The notes under the pieces are model-generated. The model saw only the letters and a program-made list of their open reading frames with translations. It was not told the origin of the DNA and did not search any database. Shown here one piece after another: positions 39,801 through 53,217 of a stretch of DNA of 64,000 nt (its first letter is position 1; every line of letters begins with the position of its first letter). The stretch spans positions 95,356,001-95,420,000 of the forward strand of contig OX597818.1 of assembly GCA_951406725.2 (NCBI GenBank), given 5' to 3'. Source of the DNA: Octopus vulgaris. Taxonomy: Eukaryota. The position numbers were made by a program, and so were the translations under genes.

Positions 39801-40445
39801 AAAACTCTACTTGTGAAGACCTGTTGAGGCAAGTGAGGATCAGAATCGAAATCGATCAATGGAAATTGCAGATGTGTTACCAGTGCCGGTGGCATGTCGA
39901 AACTCTACTTGTGAAGACCCGTTGAGGCAAGTGAGGATCAGAATGGAAATCGATCAAAATCGAAATCGATCAATGGAAATTGCAGATGTGTTACCAGTGC
40001 CGGTGGCATGTCGAAACTCTACTTGTGAAGACCCGTTGAGGCAAGTGAGGATCAGAATGGAAATCGATCAATGGAAATTGCAGATGTGTTACCAGTGCCG
40101 GTGGCATGTAAGAGAACCTTCTGTTTCGCGACCGTTGCCAGCACCGCCCCGTTTCGTGTCCGTTGCCAACCTCGCCTGGCCCTTGTGCCGGTGGCACATA
40201 AAAAGCACCATCCGTTCGTGGCCGTTTGCCAGCTCTGTCTGGCACCTGTGCGGGTGGCACGTAAAAAGCACCCACTACACTCACGGAGTGGTTGGCGTTA
40301 GGAAGGGCATCCAGCCGTAGAAACACTGCCAGATTTGACTGGGCCTGATGAAACCTTCTGGCTTCACAGACCCCAGTAGAACCGTCTACCCATGCTAGCA
40401 TGGAAAACGGACGCTAAACGACGATGATGATGATGATGATGATGA

Positions 40446-40448
<3 letters not shown>
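36896..40448 (+). mobile_element. RTE-clade LINE, 5'-truncated and nearly intact (APE endonuclease + RT + PHD-like insert + modular 3' tail)
   Basis: APE motifs (SAYAPQ, GDFNGHVG, SQIDYIL, QHRLV) and RT motifs (KAPGPSG, YRGI, QFGF, AFVDMEKAFDRV, GVHQGSVLSP, YADD, FRYLG). ORFs 36680-37516 and 37802-39631 are in the same frame, separated by one TAG at 37514. Ends in (GAT)n and lies within (TA)n. Confidence 0.95.
39802..40108 (+). repeat. Three tandem ~98-114-bp units downstream of the RTE ORF
   Basis: Units start at 39802, 39900 and 40014 (aaactctacttgtgaagacc...ccagtgccggtggcatgt). Confidence 0.92.
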
Positions 40449-40489
<41 letters not shown>

Positions 40490-40648
40490 TATTAAAGTAT
40501 AAGCTTTACAGAAAATTATTTTATTACATACTTTGTGACTGAATTTGGTTGACAGAAACAGTGGAAGCCTGTTATGTGTACATTCATACATACATATATA
40601 TATGTATATATATGTATATATGTATATACATATATATATATATTATTC

Positions 40649-40817
40649 AAAACAGTTTGGTTCGGCTCCATGCAACTATAAGTTTTGTGGGCCTCTGACA
40701 GAAATCCTTCTCTTTCAGGCTTACGTTACCAATTCAGTATTCTATGCCTGAAAGAAATAGGCCACTGTCAAAGGCCCGCGTATCTTTAAGCCACAAGGAG
40801 CTGAATCAAACTGTTTT
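40649..40817. repeat. Degenerate fold-back next to (TA)n
   Basis: aaaacagtttggttcggctcc..gggcctctgacag..tttcaggc / gcctgaaa..ctgtcaaaggccc..ggagctgaatcaaactgtttt. Confidence 0.75.
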
Positions 40818-40958
40818 AATTAATGCCTGTAACATCTAAATGTGTTGAATGCCTTTTTCTCTTTTGTTCTTCCAATCACTTATAAAGATATCATCATCAT
40901 TATCATCTTCATTTAACATCTGCCTTCCATGCTGGCACACACACACACACACACACAC

Positions 40959-41027
<69 letters not shown>

Positions 41028-42900
41028 CACACATACATATATACATATATATATAATCCCAAAAATGGAACAAGAATGCAACAGACAACAATAAAAGTTC
41101 CAGTCGGATAGACGATACAATGACAGACAGGAAAAACAACAAAAAGACGGACAAGAAAAAAACAAGGATGGGTCATTCATGGCCTTCTCTCCTCAGTCAA
41201 ATTTCCAGATTATCCTTAAAGTTTTGGCCAGTTACACTTCAGACTATTCAAATTGGCTGGCCCCAAAAATATAAGCATTGAATATTTTGGGAGAAAGCAA
41301 GCAAATATATATACAACATCAAAGACAAAAAAAAACACAAAATCAGAGAAAATGTTACACAATTACAAATACAAGCAGCAAGAAAATAACAACAAATGTC
41401 TTTTGACTAATAGAGATGGCTGAAGTTGAACTGGTGTGTGTAGAGTGAAAGCCTTGAGGCAGAAACATAGATGAACATAAGAAATGAAAATCATGAGAAA
41501 GGAATATAAGAAATGCTTCATGGCCAGCAATCAAGCCAAGAAAAAAAGAGCATGCTTGGCCAACCACTGATCACATAGAAGGAAAGGAGAAAAGTAAGAG
41601 GCAGAGGGATTGAAAAGGTAGGGTAGAAAGAGAAAGAGAAAATATCAAAGGGACATAAAGAAGGTACAAGGGAGATAAACAAAGAAAAATAGGTGGATTA
41701 AAGAAAGAGAAGGCCAAGAAATGTGGGAGAGGAGGAGCGAGAAAAGGAAAAGAGGAAAGAAAGAAGAAAGTATGAGGGGGACCAAAAGAAAGAGTCGTAC
41801 AGAATTTAGATACATACTTACTTTCAAAGTGAGCAGAATGTTGATACACAACAGCAAAGGGAAAAAATAGTATTTCAAACTTCATGCAATAAGATTCCTA
41901 AATAATACAGTTCTACTGTCTTTGGTGTGAAAACGTTCAAATAGCCTTCAACGTCTTTTTGCTCACTTTCTTCTTTGCCATTCTTTGTTACTAATGTTCC
42001 AAGTAAAATACATGGGTACTTCAGCATCAAGCAATGATTTTGCAAAGTCATCATTGATGCACAATGAAAAGAATTATCTCAATGTTGTTTTCATATGTCG
42101 TTCATTGACAGCCATATATCCTCATTATTTCTGAGCAATATATTTTGTTCATCCAGAAGATGAACTTGCAGTTTCAATATTGCAGGTGTTCTTTCATGAA
42201 TTTAAAATCCTAAAATGGATGCAACTGCTTTGGATGGTCCACTATACCTACCAAATAGATTTTGACTAATTTTGATATTATTGAACAGCAGCTATTATTG
42301 ATATTATTTGAACTGCAGCTTGATCATTTCCTTTCAGCGTGTACTCAGTAACATACTTAATTGACCTCACTGAGGCAAGGATTTCAACATTCCAGTGGCA
42401 TTTGAATGCTCTTAAAAGAGTTTCATTATAAGGTACAACCCATTTGTTGTTTTTTTTTTTCCCCCATTCTTATGAGATTCAAATCCTCCCATTGCAACTG
42501 GTCTTCATCTATAAAGAGATAGTTTCTTTGTCAGTTTTTCTGGCTTTTGATTAATATCTTATTTTAAATAAAATAGTAACCTTCCCCTTTAAGAAAAAAA
42601 TCAAGTACTCATGAATCAAAAAAATCTCATAAAAAATAGGGAGAATTTCTCTTTCAGTCCAGATCACTTGAGATTTGTATAACTGATTAAGGGAAGAAAC
42701 AAGAAAGTCAGAAAAAAAAGGACTGACAGCAGTAGCTACCGATGGCTCTTTGAAATGTCAACATTTTCAACTTGATTTTTTTTTTCCGTAAAGGGGGAAA
42801 TGACTATTTTATTTGTAATCTTTATCATTTTAATCAAATGGCAGGAAAACAAACTTTGAGTTTTAGTCTTATATATATATACATACACATATATATATAT

Positions 42901-43317
42901 ATGGTGGCTGCCCCCTCGTTATCGAGTATGGCCATTGCACGAAGCTTAATCCATGTTGTTATTGTGCAATGCCTGTGCAAGAGGATTTTTTTTTAAAGTG
43001 AGGAAAGGCTGTGCACTGAGTCAATCCCACTCACTAAGCAACAGCAGCCAGTTACGTGAGTTACATTCTCCTAGAAGGATGCCCTAACAAAGGCTAGGAG
43101 TCCTTCACTCCCAATGGTTTAACCGCACGATCAGGTATTCAGTCCAATTATTTCTATGTCCCCACGCATGATACAACCGTAAGACATTTATTGGATGGCC
43201 GTTGACTCTCAAGAGTTCCTCCGCTCTTTGACAGGTTTTGTTTTTCATCCCGCAGGGTGTCCAATAAAAACCCTCCTCACCAAGCAAGCTTAGTGGGGTT
43301 GCCGGTTTAGTCGCCGT
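42901..43317 (-). mobile_element. Non-coding bipartite RTE derivative (5'UTR-like part plus RTE-like 3' end)
   Basis: 43240-43317 resembles 20230-20305 (accctcctca...ggggt.gcc.gtttagt.ccg), and caatgcctgtgca is shared with ~19870. Flanked by (TA)n. Confidence 0.55.
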
Positions 43318-43777
43318 ATATATACATATATATACATACACACATACATATGCACATACATATATATACATATATATACTTATATATACACACATATATG
43401 CACACACACACATGCACACACACACACATATATATATATGTGCTGGTGATTGTTGCCAGTGTTGCCTTTCTGGCACATGTGCCAGTGGCATGTGAAAAAC
43501 AACATTCAAGTGCGGTTGTTGCCAGTACCGCCAGACTGGCTCTCATGCGGGTAGCATGTAAAAAAACACCTTTTGAGTATGGTCGTTGCCAGAACTGCCA
43601 ACTGGCACATAAAAGCACCCACTAAACTCTTGGAGTGGCTGGCATTAGGAAGGGCATCCAGCTGTAGAAACTTTGCAAGATCAGATTGAGCCTGGAGCAG
43701 CCTCTGGCTCACCAGTCCTGAGTCAAACCGTCCAACCCATGCAAGCATGAAAAGCAGACGTTAAATGACAATGATGA

Positions 43778-43908
<131 letters not shown>

Positions 43909-43929
43909 GGATAAAAATAGTTATCGCCA

Positions 43930-44140
43930 GTTTGTAGGGTTACCCATAAAGCACTTAGCTTTACAACATTTTGTCAGACCCTAATGGATAGTCGCCTATA
44001 AACTCTTCTCAAACCCCACTCTTTTGAAGAGAGGTTATAAACCACCGACTATTAGAATATGACAAGACATTGTAAAGCTAATGCTCTATAACTTAGAGTG
44101 TGCTTCTCTTTTGGATTCATGAATTACTAATGATATGTGT
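43930..44140. repeat. Dispersed (TA)n-flanked element with an imperfect internal fold-back; relatives at 15572-15790 (+) and ~48205-48265 (-)
   Basis: Shared gggattaccc/cataaagcgcttagctttac and gctctataacttaga..gcttct..ggattcatga..aatgatat blocks; internal inverted repeat ttagctttacaa/ttgtaaagctaa. Confidence 0.65.
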
Positions 44141-44335
44141 CTATATATATATATATGTATATTTTGCTTAGGCATTGTTAGAATGATAACTTGGTGTAGA
44201 ACTTAATTTACATATGCTTCAGAACAAAGAACTGGTTGAGTACAGAGTGGTGATAAGAAAATAAGATAACAAAGGAATAAGTGATTATCTTATGAACTTC
44301 ATATGATAATCATTTATTCCCTTGTCCTTTAACTG

Positions 44336-44383
<48 letters not shown>

Positions 44384-44418
44384 ATGTATGTATATGTGTA
44401 TGTATACATATATATGTG

Positions 44419-44501
<83 letters not shown>

Positions 44502-44697
44502 TATTTTTCCCTTGTTTTCAATTAGCATGGAAAAAATAGATAAACAGTTATCAGGGTAGCAAAAAATCGCACAAGTGAAAAAGGGCATAACACCTTGTTT
44601 TTAAAGGTAGAAACTCCGGGTTTATGTGAAATATTTTGTATAATATATATAAATAAATAAATGGAGTTAAATGCAGGTGTTATTCAAATTCTTTTAC

Positions 44698-44782
44698 TCC
44701 CGACACATGTTTCGAAGATATCATTGGTATTATTCCAAAGGAATAAAATGGTGTAAAACAATGTAATCTTCTCTTCAAGGAA
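44698..44782 (-). ncRNA. Degenerate hammerhead-like motif in a probable PLE remnant (about 44500-45140)
   Basis: Reverse complement reads ttcc-TTGAAGA-gaagattacattg...caatgatatcttc-GAAA-catgt-GTC-ggga; the first core C appears as T. Confidence 0.5.
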
Positions 44783-45149
44783 ATGAAGAAATAAACTTGT
44801 CAATAAGACATTTTGACAGAATATGATGGATATGTATAGTGATTAACTGAACACTATTAAGTTATTTTTAAAAAGACATTAGAGGATATAACGTCAAAGG
44901 TAGCCTATAGGAAAAGGAGGGGTAAAGGAAAGAAAAAATCAGAAACCAAATAAATAAGAAATATAAAATGATATGTGAATTAAATAAAATCCTAAAGTCT
45001 TAGAAAAAGCTATATCTAGTGGAAGTGTAATGTATGAAGAAAATCAATGTTTAAATTATATGTAATGGTAGATATCACTTATATGAACTAAATATGTGTT
45101 TCTGCCAATGTTTACATTGATAAGCATGCTCTATAACTGTGTTTCAATA

Positions 45150-45440
45150 GTCAATCTTATGTGATTCGCTTTTGGTGAAGAAGGGAATTTGATACTGCTG
45201 CCCTCTTTGAGTTTCCTGCCTTGATATAGGTTTATCTGCGACCTTGGATAGCAGAAGGTCAAGTTGTTTCTTGAAAACATCTTCCCCTACTCTATGAAGA
45301 TCCCTCAGGTATGCTGGCAAGGTATTAAATACCTGTGGGCCTTTGAATCCCAAGCTATTGCAGTACATGGTCCTTGCTCTTGGCAGGATAGCTGGGACCT
45401 TTGGAACAGTGCAGTGATGCCCAGCTTGGACATCACTGCA
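45150..45440 (-). mobile_element. 3' fragment of a CR1/L2-like LINE
   Basis: RTMYCNSLGFKGPQVFNTLP..LRDLH....FKKQLDLLLSKV.D.P. Confidence 0.7.
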
Positions 45441-46405
45441 TATATATAAACACACACATGCACCCACACACACACTGTTAATCCAGAAATGTTTATTTTT
45501 CTCTTCATTTCCTTTCCTCATTCCTTTCTGTTGAAGAGCATAGGCTCAAAATGTCACTGACATTTCCATTTTTCCTGATTATCAAACTAATACACCTTCT
45601 TTTTTTTAAGCCTAGTACTTATTTTATCCATCTCTTTTACTTAACTACTAAGTTATGGGGTTATAAATACACCAACACCGGTTCTCAAGCAGCGGTGGGG
45701 GACAAACACAAAGACATACACACAGACATACATACATACATACATACATACATACATACATACATACATACATACATACATACATACATGTATATATGTG
45801 TGTGTGTGCACATACGACAGGCTTCTTTCAATTTCCATTTACCAAATCCCCTCACAAGGCTTTGGACAACCCAGGGTATAGTAGAAGACATTTGCCCAAA
45901 TTGTCATGCAGTGGGACTGAACCCAGAACCCCATGGTTGGGAAGCAAGTGTTTTACCACACAGTCACACTTGCGGCTGTGTTTAAACTCAGTTATATCAT
46001 CTTACGTCATATAAGACAAACATATACAAGGCTCAAAATACTATTAAGACAAGGCTGTATTCAACACCTCTATGTTTTTCTAACACAAAATAAGAAAATA
46101 AATATATTGTTGTATGTGTGAATGTATATGTGTGTGTCTGTGTGTGTCTGTGTGTATCTGTACCTGTGTGTATCTTGCTATTGTTTATTGTTCTAGTCTA
46201 ATGTAAATATAGACATAAGAAGGATTTGTATGCACCTGGGAGACGTAAAAGTTTTTCTGTAGGTGTATGTATGCATGTGTAAGTATATGTGTGTGTGTGT
46301 ATGCGTGTGTGTGCAAGGAGTGTGTGCATGTAAGTGTATATACACATGTATGTGTGTGTATGTATACATATAGTATACATATGTATGTCCACATGCATAT
46401 CTATA

Positions 46406-46446
<41 letters not shown>

Positions 46447-46515
46447 GTATGTACACAGACATACACAATATATATACATATATGTATGTATGTCTATTTT
46501 TTAAAAATCATCATA

Positions 46516-46905
46516 GGCGCAGGAGTGGCTGTGTGGTAAGTAGCTTGCTAACCAACCACATGGTTCCGGGTTCAGTCCCACTGCGTGGCATCTTGGGCAA
46601 GTGTCTTCTGCTATAGCCCCGGGCCGACCAATGCCTTGTGAGTGGATTTGGTAGACGGAAACTGAAAGAAGCCTGTCGTATATATGTATATATATATGTG
46701 TGTGTGTGTGTTTGTGTTTGTCCCCCTAGCATTGCTTGACCACCGATGCTGGTGTGTTTACGTCCCCGTCACTTAGCGGTTCGGCAAAAGAGACCAATAG
46801 AATAAGTACTGGGCTTACAAAGAATAAGTCCCGGGGTCGATTTGCTCGACTAAAGGTGGTGCTCCAGCATGGCCGTAGTCAAATGACTGAAACAAGTAAA
46901 AGAGT
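46516..46905 (+). mobile_element. tRNA-related SINE family A, full copy with an internal microsatellite
   Basis: A-box-like tggctgtgtgg and B-box-like ggttcagtccc. Other copies at ~4470-4632, 15790-16115, 27780-27915(-), 28885-29835(-, split), 45605-45978(-), 47770-48170 and 49035-49420(-). Confidence 0.85.
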
Positions 46906-47424
46906 ATATATGTTTGTATATGCACACTCACATACACACACACACACTCACACACACACACACACACACACACATGCGCATGCATACCTGTACACAGGTG
47001 TATCTATCTTCACCATCAACAATAACTTCCTTATGATATATCATGAATCTTTATAACTGGAGTATTTTCTGTTGTCAGTATCAATGTCTGATCCTAATCT
47101 CCTCATGTTACAATTAGCCATATACTTTATACTCCTAGGCAGCTGTGGTTAGGATATTTATTTTAACCATCAAGTTTCTTTGATTCTTTGTATTCTTTCA
47201 GGCATACCTGGACCACAGGAGATTTCATTACACCGATATCTTTTTCATACTAGAGAGCTTGGTTTTCTCTAGAGTAAAGGTGTTCCTGACCTTCTTTTTC
47301 ATGAACTGTTCATGATCAATTTCAGGTATCATATTCTCAAATCATGCACTCTAGTATTTTGTCCATGTTGTACTCCACTTGGACTAACATATATCTCTTG
47401 TTCCACAATTGTTCTCTAATATAC

Positions 47425-47478
<54 letters not shown>

Positions 47479-48272
47479 TTAATGGGCAATATATAGGATT
47501 TAACTAATCCAGTGCTACTCATAAAAAAGTTCCTTTAATGAATCAGGCTTTAATGAATAGTAAAGCAATTGGTGAAATAATTTTTTTCATTTGAGACCTC
47601 CTCTCTTTCTTTTGGTCGCACCAGTTGATCCTGTTTCCTCTTATCACCCATGAACTTCTCCACTGGACTTTCTACCTTTCTACCCTTTTCGGATTCTCTT
47701 TTGGACATTTTACACTCCGGCTCCACCTCTCCTACCTATGGATTACTCTGGACTCTACTTTTTATATATATAAGAAGCTTTCTTCTCAAGCACATGGTTC
47801 TGGGTTTAGTCCTACTGTGTGGCACCTCGGGCAAGTGTCTTCTACTATAACCTCAGGCCAACCAGAACCTTGTGAGTGGATTTGGTAGATAGAAACTGAA
47901 AGAAGCTCATCATATATATGTGTGTGTATATATTTATGTATATGTGTCTTTGTGTCTATATTTGTCTCCCCATCACTGCTTGACAACCGATGTTGGTGTA
48001 TTTATATCCCTGTAATTTGGTGGTTCAGCAAATGACAATGATAGAATAAATACTAAGGCTTACAAAGAATAAGTTCTGGGATCAATTTCTTGGACTAAAA
48101 AATAACTTTTTAAGGCAGTGCTTCAGCTTGGCTACAGTCAAATGACTGAAACAAGTAAAGAAATAAAAGAATGTGTGTGTGTGTGTGTATTCTTTTAACA
48201 TCATAAAGTTAAACCCTTTATGGATGGGAAACCCAGGGTAACCCCATAGACTGGCTTTCACCAGGAAAAAAA

Positions 48273-48317
<45 letters not shown>

Positions 48318-49818
48318 CAGAGAGGGAGAGAGAGAGTGTGTGTGTCTGTGGAAGGGCATAGTTTCATGATTAGACTGTTGCACTCATGTTCACAAGATTG
48401 TGGTTTCCATTCCTGAACCAGACAATGCACAAATTATATAGCTAAATCAAATGTCCTTGTCAAGTCTCACCAAACTATTTACTTTTTAATTTCTGCTTAA
48501 ATTTATACCTGCCAATTCAAGGGGAAGCTACTTCTAATCACTTTAGAAAAGGCAGTCACAAAATCACAATTTCAGTTGCAGTTCACATTGGAGTCTTAGT
48601 GGCATACCAATTTGAGCACTCAGCACATACCTATTAGCTTGAGTCACCCTGAGCAAAACCTGGAATGTAAAAAGCACCAGTTGAGCATTGGGCCTCATGG
48701 AGGCAATGCCAGTGGCACATAAGAGAACCCATTACACTCTTGGAGTGTTGGCATTAGGAAGGGCATCCAGTCATAGAAACCATGCCAAATCAGACTGGAG
48801 TCTGGTGCAACCTCTCAGCTTACCAGCCCTGGCCAAACCATCCAACCCATGCCACCATGGACAATGGACTGTAAATGATGATGATGATATATATATGCAT
48901 GTGTGTATGTGTGTGGTGTGTGTGTATGTATATAAGTATGTATGTATGTATGTATGTATGTATGTATGTATGTATGTATGTATGTATGTATGTATGTATG
49001 TTTACATGTATATATATACATATATCTTTTATCTTTTACTTGTTTCAGTCATTAGACTGTGGCCATGCTAGGGCACCACCTTCAAGAATTTTTGGGGGGT
49101 CAAATGCATTAACCCCAGTACTTATTTTTTTAAAGTTTGAGACTTATTCTATTGGTCCCTTTTGCCAAATCACTAAGTTACAGAGACGTAAACACACACC
49201 TCCAGTTGTCAAGCAGTGGGAGGGGAGACAAGCACAGACACACACACATATTTATGTATATATGCCAGTCTTCTTTCAGTTTCTGTTTACCAAATCCGCT
49301 CACAAAGCTTTGGTTGACCCAGGGTTATAGTAGAAGACACTTGTCCAAGGTGCACACATTGGGACGGAATCTGAGACCATGTGGTTGGGAAACAAACTGC
49401 TCACCATGTAGTCATGCCTGCATCGATCTACAGATATTTTTATCCAACATTGTGTGTTATGATGCATGTAAACATATGTATATATATATAAGGCAAGATG
49501 TGTGTGTGTGTACATGATTGTAGTTTATGCACATCCACAAATTAGCACTATATCACTCAAATTTTAGGAGGACATTCGTCAACATCCTATCTGGGTTTTG
49601 TCAACTTATTTTTTTCCCAAGGCACCCATGGATAGCGGTAAAAATCTATTTTCAGCCATAGCTTTTAGTGGTAAAAATCTATTTTCAGCCATAGCTTTTT
49701 GACGGCATCTAACAAAAAAAAAAAAACAAGATAAAGAAAAGTGGAAGAGAGGCAGAGAGTTTTGCGGGAAAAACAAAGTGAGAGAGGGAGAGAGAGAGAG
49801 AGTAAGTGATAACATTCA

Positions 49819-50181
49819 TCTCTATATATACAAATGGCAAAATGTCTCTGTGTGTGTCCTTTATACAAATGCACAATATTTCAGTTAGAGGGCTTGCACT
49901 TTCTATGGTCATTCAAAACTGTCCAAGGGTGGTTGTGCACATCTTTACATTTCCCTAGTCACCCCGCAAGGCCATTAAAAATCAATAGAAGTGACTTTTT
50001 TGTGAATTTTCTATCCAAAACCCAATCAAAATGCTTGAAACTTGATACGCCAATTGAATGCCAGCTAGCTGTATGTGATTGGTCGGAGATTTGGACAGTA
50101 CTCACATGTATGTCTGCATGCACGCAGCTGTATATGCATGCACTAGCACTATGACCCAGTAACGCTGGGTCATAGTTCTAG
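49819..50181 (+). mobile_element. Non-autonomous Helitron
   Basis: A|TC start, 12-bp subterminal hairpin actatgacccag-taacg-ctgggtcatagt, CTAG|T end. Confidence 0.8.
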
Positions 50182-52749
50182 TAAAAAATAAAATGTAAAA
50201 TGTTTTGTTTTTTCTTAAACACAAGATATAGTGTTCAAATTCAGGATGTTTTTGAAAGACATTATATTTTATAATCATAGTATATATACTTTCTCACACA
50301 ACAATTACAATATATTTATTTTAAATCATTCATCTTTCTCCCTCCTCTCTCTCTCTCTCACACACATTACTTTGGGTGCAAAAGAGTTTTGTTTTTATTT
50401 TACGCCGAGTAAAAAAGTGTTTTGTTGAGAATTCATTTATTTAACAACAAAGAAACAAAAAGGGTTTTGTAGCATATTAGGAGGCCAGAGTAGTTGATTC
50501 TATGCAAAAAACCAATTTTTTTTCTATGTGAAAATCATGTGAGCTGTTAATCTACAAATTTAACAACATTTTTTCCATTCATTTCTGTTTATGAACATGT
50601 ATGCATGCACAAAACATCAATAGGTGTATGTACGTACGTGTGTGTATGTGTGTTCGTGTCTGTTGCCCATATATATTTATATTATATTATATTATATTAT
50701 ATATATAATATATATATATAATATATATAATATATGTATAATATAACCAATTTCAATGGATTTTGCCCAAATTTGACGTCGATATTACTTAGTTTGGTTT
50801 GAAATAAAGAACTTGATTAGCTTAATAATCATAACTTAATCCCGGGCAAGGCCAGGTTATACTGCTAATTACATCTCTTATACCTTGTATGTTCATGGAC
50901 AGAAAAAGAAAGAACAGCTGTACATTTCACAAATTTCGACTTCTTTGTCAGTAGTTGTGCACTTTCTTTTACTATCCATGAGCACATTGCTTACAAACCC
51001 AATGATGATGAACATCATCATCATCATTTAACGTTTGTTTCTCATGCTGGCAGAGGTCAGACAGTTTGACAGAGGCTGACTAAGCAGAAGACTGCACCAG
51101 GTTTCATTGTCTTTTTTGGCAAGGCTTTTATGGCTGGATGCCCTTCCTAATACCAACCAACTTACAGAGTGGACTGAGTGCTTTTTACTTGGCATCAGCG
51201 CTGATATTGGTTTCAAATTTTGGTGCAAGGCCCACTAGTTTGGGAGAAGGAGTAAGTCGATTACATCAACCCCAGTATTCAACTGCTACTTATTTTATCA
51301 ACCTTGAAAGGAAGGAAGGCAAAATCAACCTCAGTGCAGTTTGAACTTTGAATGTAAGGACTGTTGAACTGTTTAGCACTTTGCCCAGCATATTAATGAT
51401 TCAACCTGCCTGCTGCCTTTATAAATCCTCTGATATTTCTACTCTAGGCACAAGGCCTCAAATCTTTTGTGGGGTAACAGTCGGTTAGATCAACCCCAGT
51501 ATGCAACTGGTATTTAATTTATCGACCCCAAAAGGATGAAAGGTAAAGTTGACCTTGGTGGAATTTGAACTCAGAATGTAAACGCAGACAAACTACCGCT
51601 AAGCATTTTGCCCAGTGTGCTAACGTTTCTGCCAGCTCCCTGCCTACCAACCCACTGATATTAGTGGCTAAACTAAGCTGGATTGACCAAATGAGATGAA
51701 AGAGCAGTTAGACTTTAAATATATCAGCTAAAGTGTGCATAAGGATATAACTGTGACTGTATGGACCTGTAAAGAGTGTGTGCATATTGTCTGTAACTGT
51801 GTATATGATTGTGTGTAAATGTGTGTGTGTGTGTGTGCATATGTGTGTTTGGCTATGTGTGCATGTATGTGTAGCTGCTATATGTAGCTATGTGTATATG
51901 TGCATATGTTTGCTAAAATGTATTCATGCATCCGTATATCTTTCTTATTTCTATACTGCCCTCAAGGGGCTACACACAGAGGGGACAAACAAGGACAGAC
52001 AAACGGATTAAGTTGATTATATCAACTCCAGTGCATAGCTGGTACTTATTTAATTGACCCCGAAAGGATGAAAGACAAAGTCAACCTCGGCGGAATTTGA
52101 GCTCAGAACGTAGCGGCAGACGAAATACTGCTAAGCATTTCGCCCGGCCAGCTCGCCGCTTTGTGTATATCTTTCTTTGTGTGTGTGTGTGTGTGTGTGT
52201 GCGTGTGCGTGCGTGTGCGTATGTGTGTGTGTGCGTGTGTGTGTGTGTGTATGTTTGAGCATGTGTTTAAGTGCGTGCATGTGTGTTAACTATAAAGCAA
52301 AACATATGAAAGCTATTATTTACCTTTTAAGAAGTTGGTGATGCTATAGCAGTAACTATTGTTATTGTTGCTGGTGGTGGGGTGGGGGAGGGCAGCGTTT
52401 GTTGTCATCATCCAGGCTGTCAAACTGTTCTAGTAAAACTCCACAATGATAGATACTACGTCTTCAATCACCACAACCACCACCTAAGATGGCTATTGTA
52501 ATTAATTTCTCCAGACTATTGTTTAATCAGCCAGACCTTGTAAATCCAGTGTCACTGGTATTGTCGTTGGTATTGTTGTTGTTGGTGGTGGTGGTGGTAG
52601 AATTAGTATTATTGCTTCTAGGTTTGATTATGTTATGATAGAGGTAAAGTTGGTATGTTATTGATGTCATTGATAGTCTTTATGTTATCGTGTGCACATG
52701 TGTGTGTGTGTTTTTGCCTCTCCTTGTCTTGACATTGTACAGTATTTGT

Positions 52750-53217
52750 GCATCAAGATCTTGATGCAGTCTCAGCTTTGCTGGGCAGGGCACATACCTC
52801 ATATGTCAGATAATCGATTACCAAAAAGATTGCACTTTGGCGAGCTGCAAAAGGGAAAGCGCTCACAAGGCGGCCAGAAGAAGCGCTTTAAGGACACACT
52901 GAAAGTCTCACTGAAAGCCTTCAACATCAACCATGACACTTAGGAGCAGTCTGTTCTAGACAGAGAAGAGTGGCGATCAGCTGTCCACAAGGGTGCCAAC
53001 ACATGCGAGACCAATAAGATCATTGCTGCAGAAGACCGCAGACAAGCCAGGAAGAACAGAGCTAACAACCCTGTGGCAGATGCTACCATTCACTGACCAC
53101 ACTGTCAAAGACTCTTTCGAGCATAGATTGGCCTCACTAGCCATCTGTGGACTCACAAAACAAGCCCACCCCTACCCCAGGATGACTAGATGACCTTTGT
53201 CGCATCGACGGACAAAC
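52750..53217 (+). mobile_element. 3' fragment of an RTE/BovB-like LINE with a 12-bp TSD
   Basis: QSQLCWAGH..M.DNRLPKRL.FGEL..GKRSQGGQKKRFKDTLK plus a C2H2-like remnant; TSD tacagtatttgt at 52738-52749 and 53218-53229. Confidence 0.9.
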
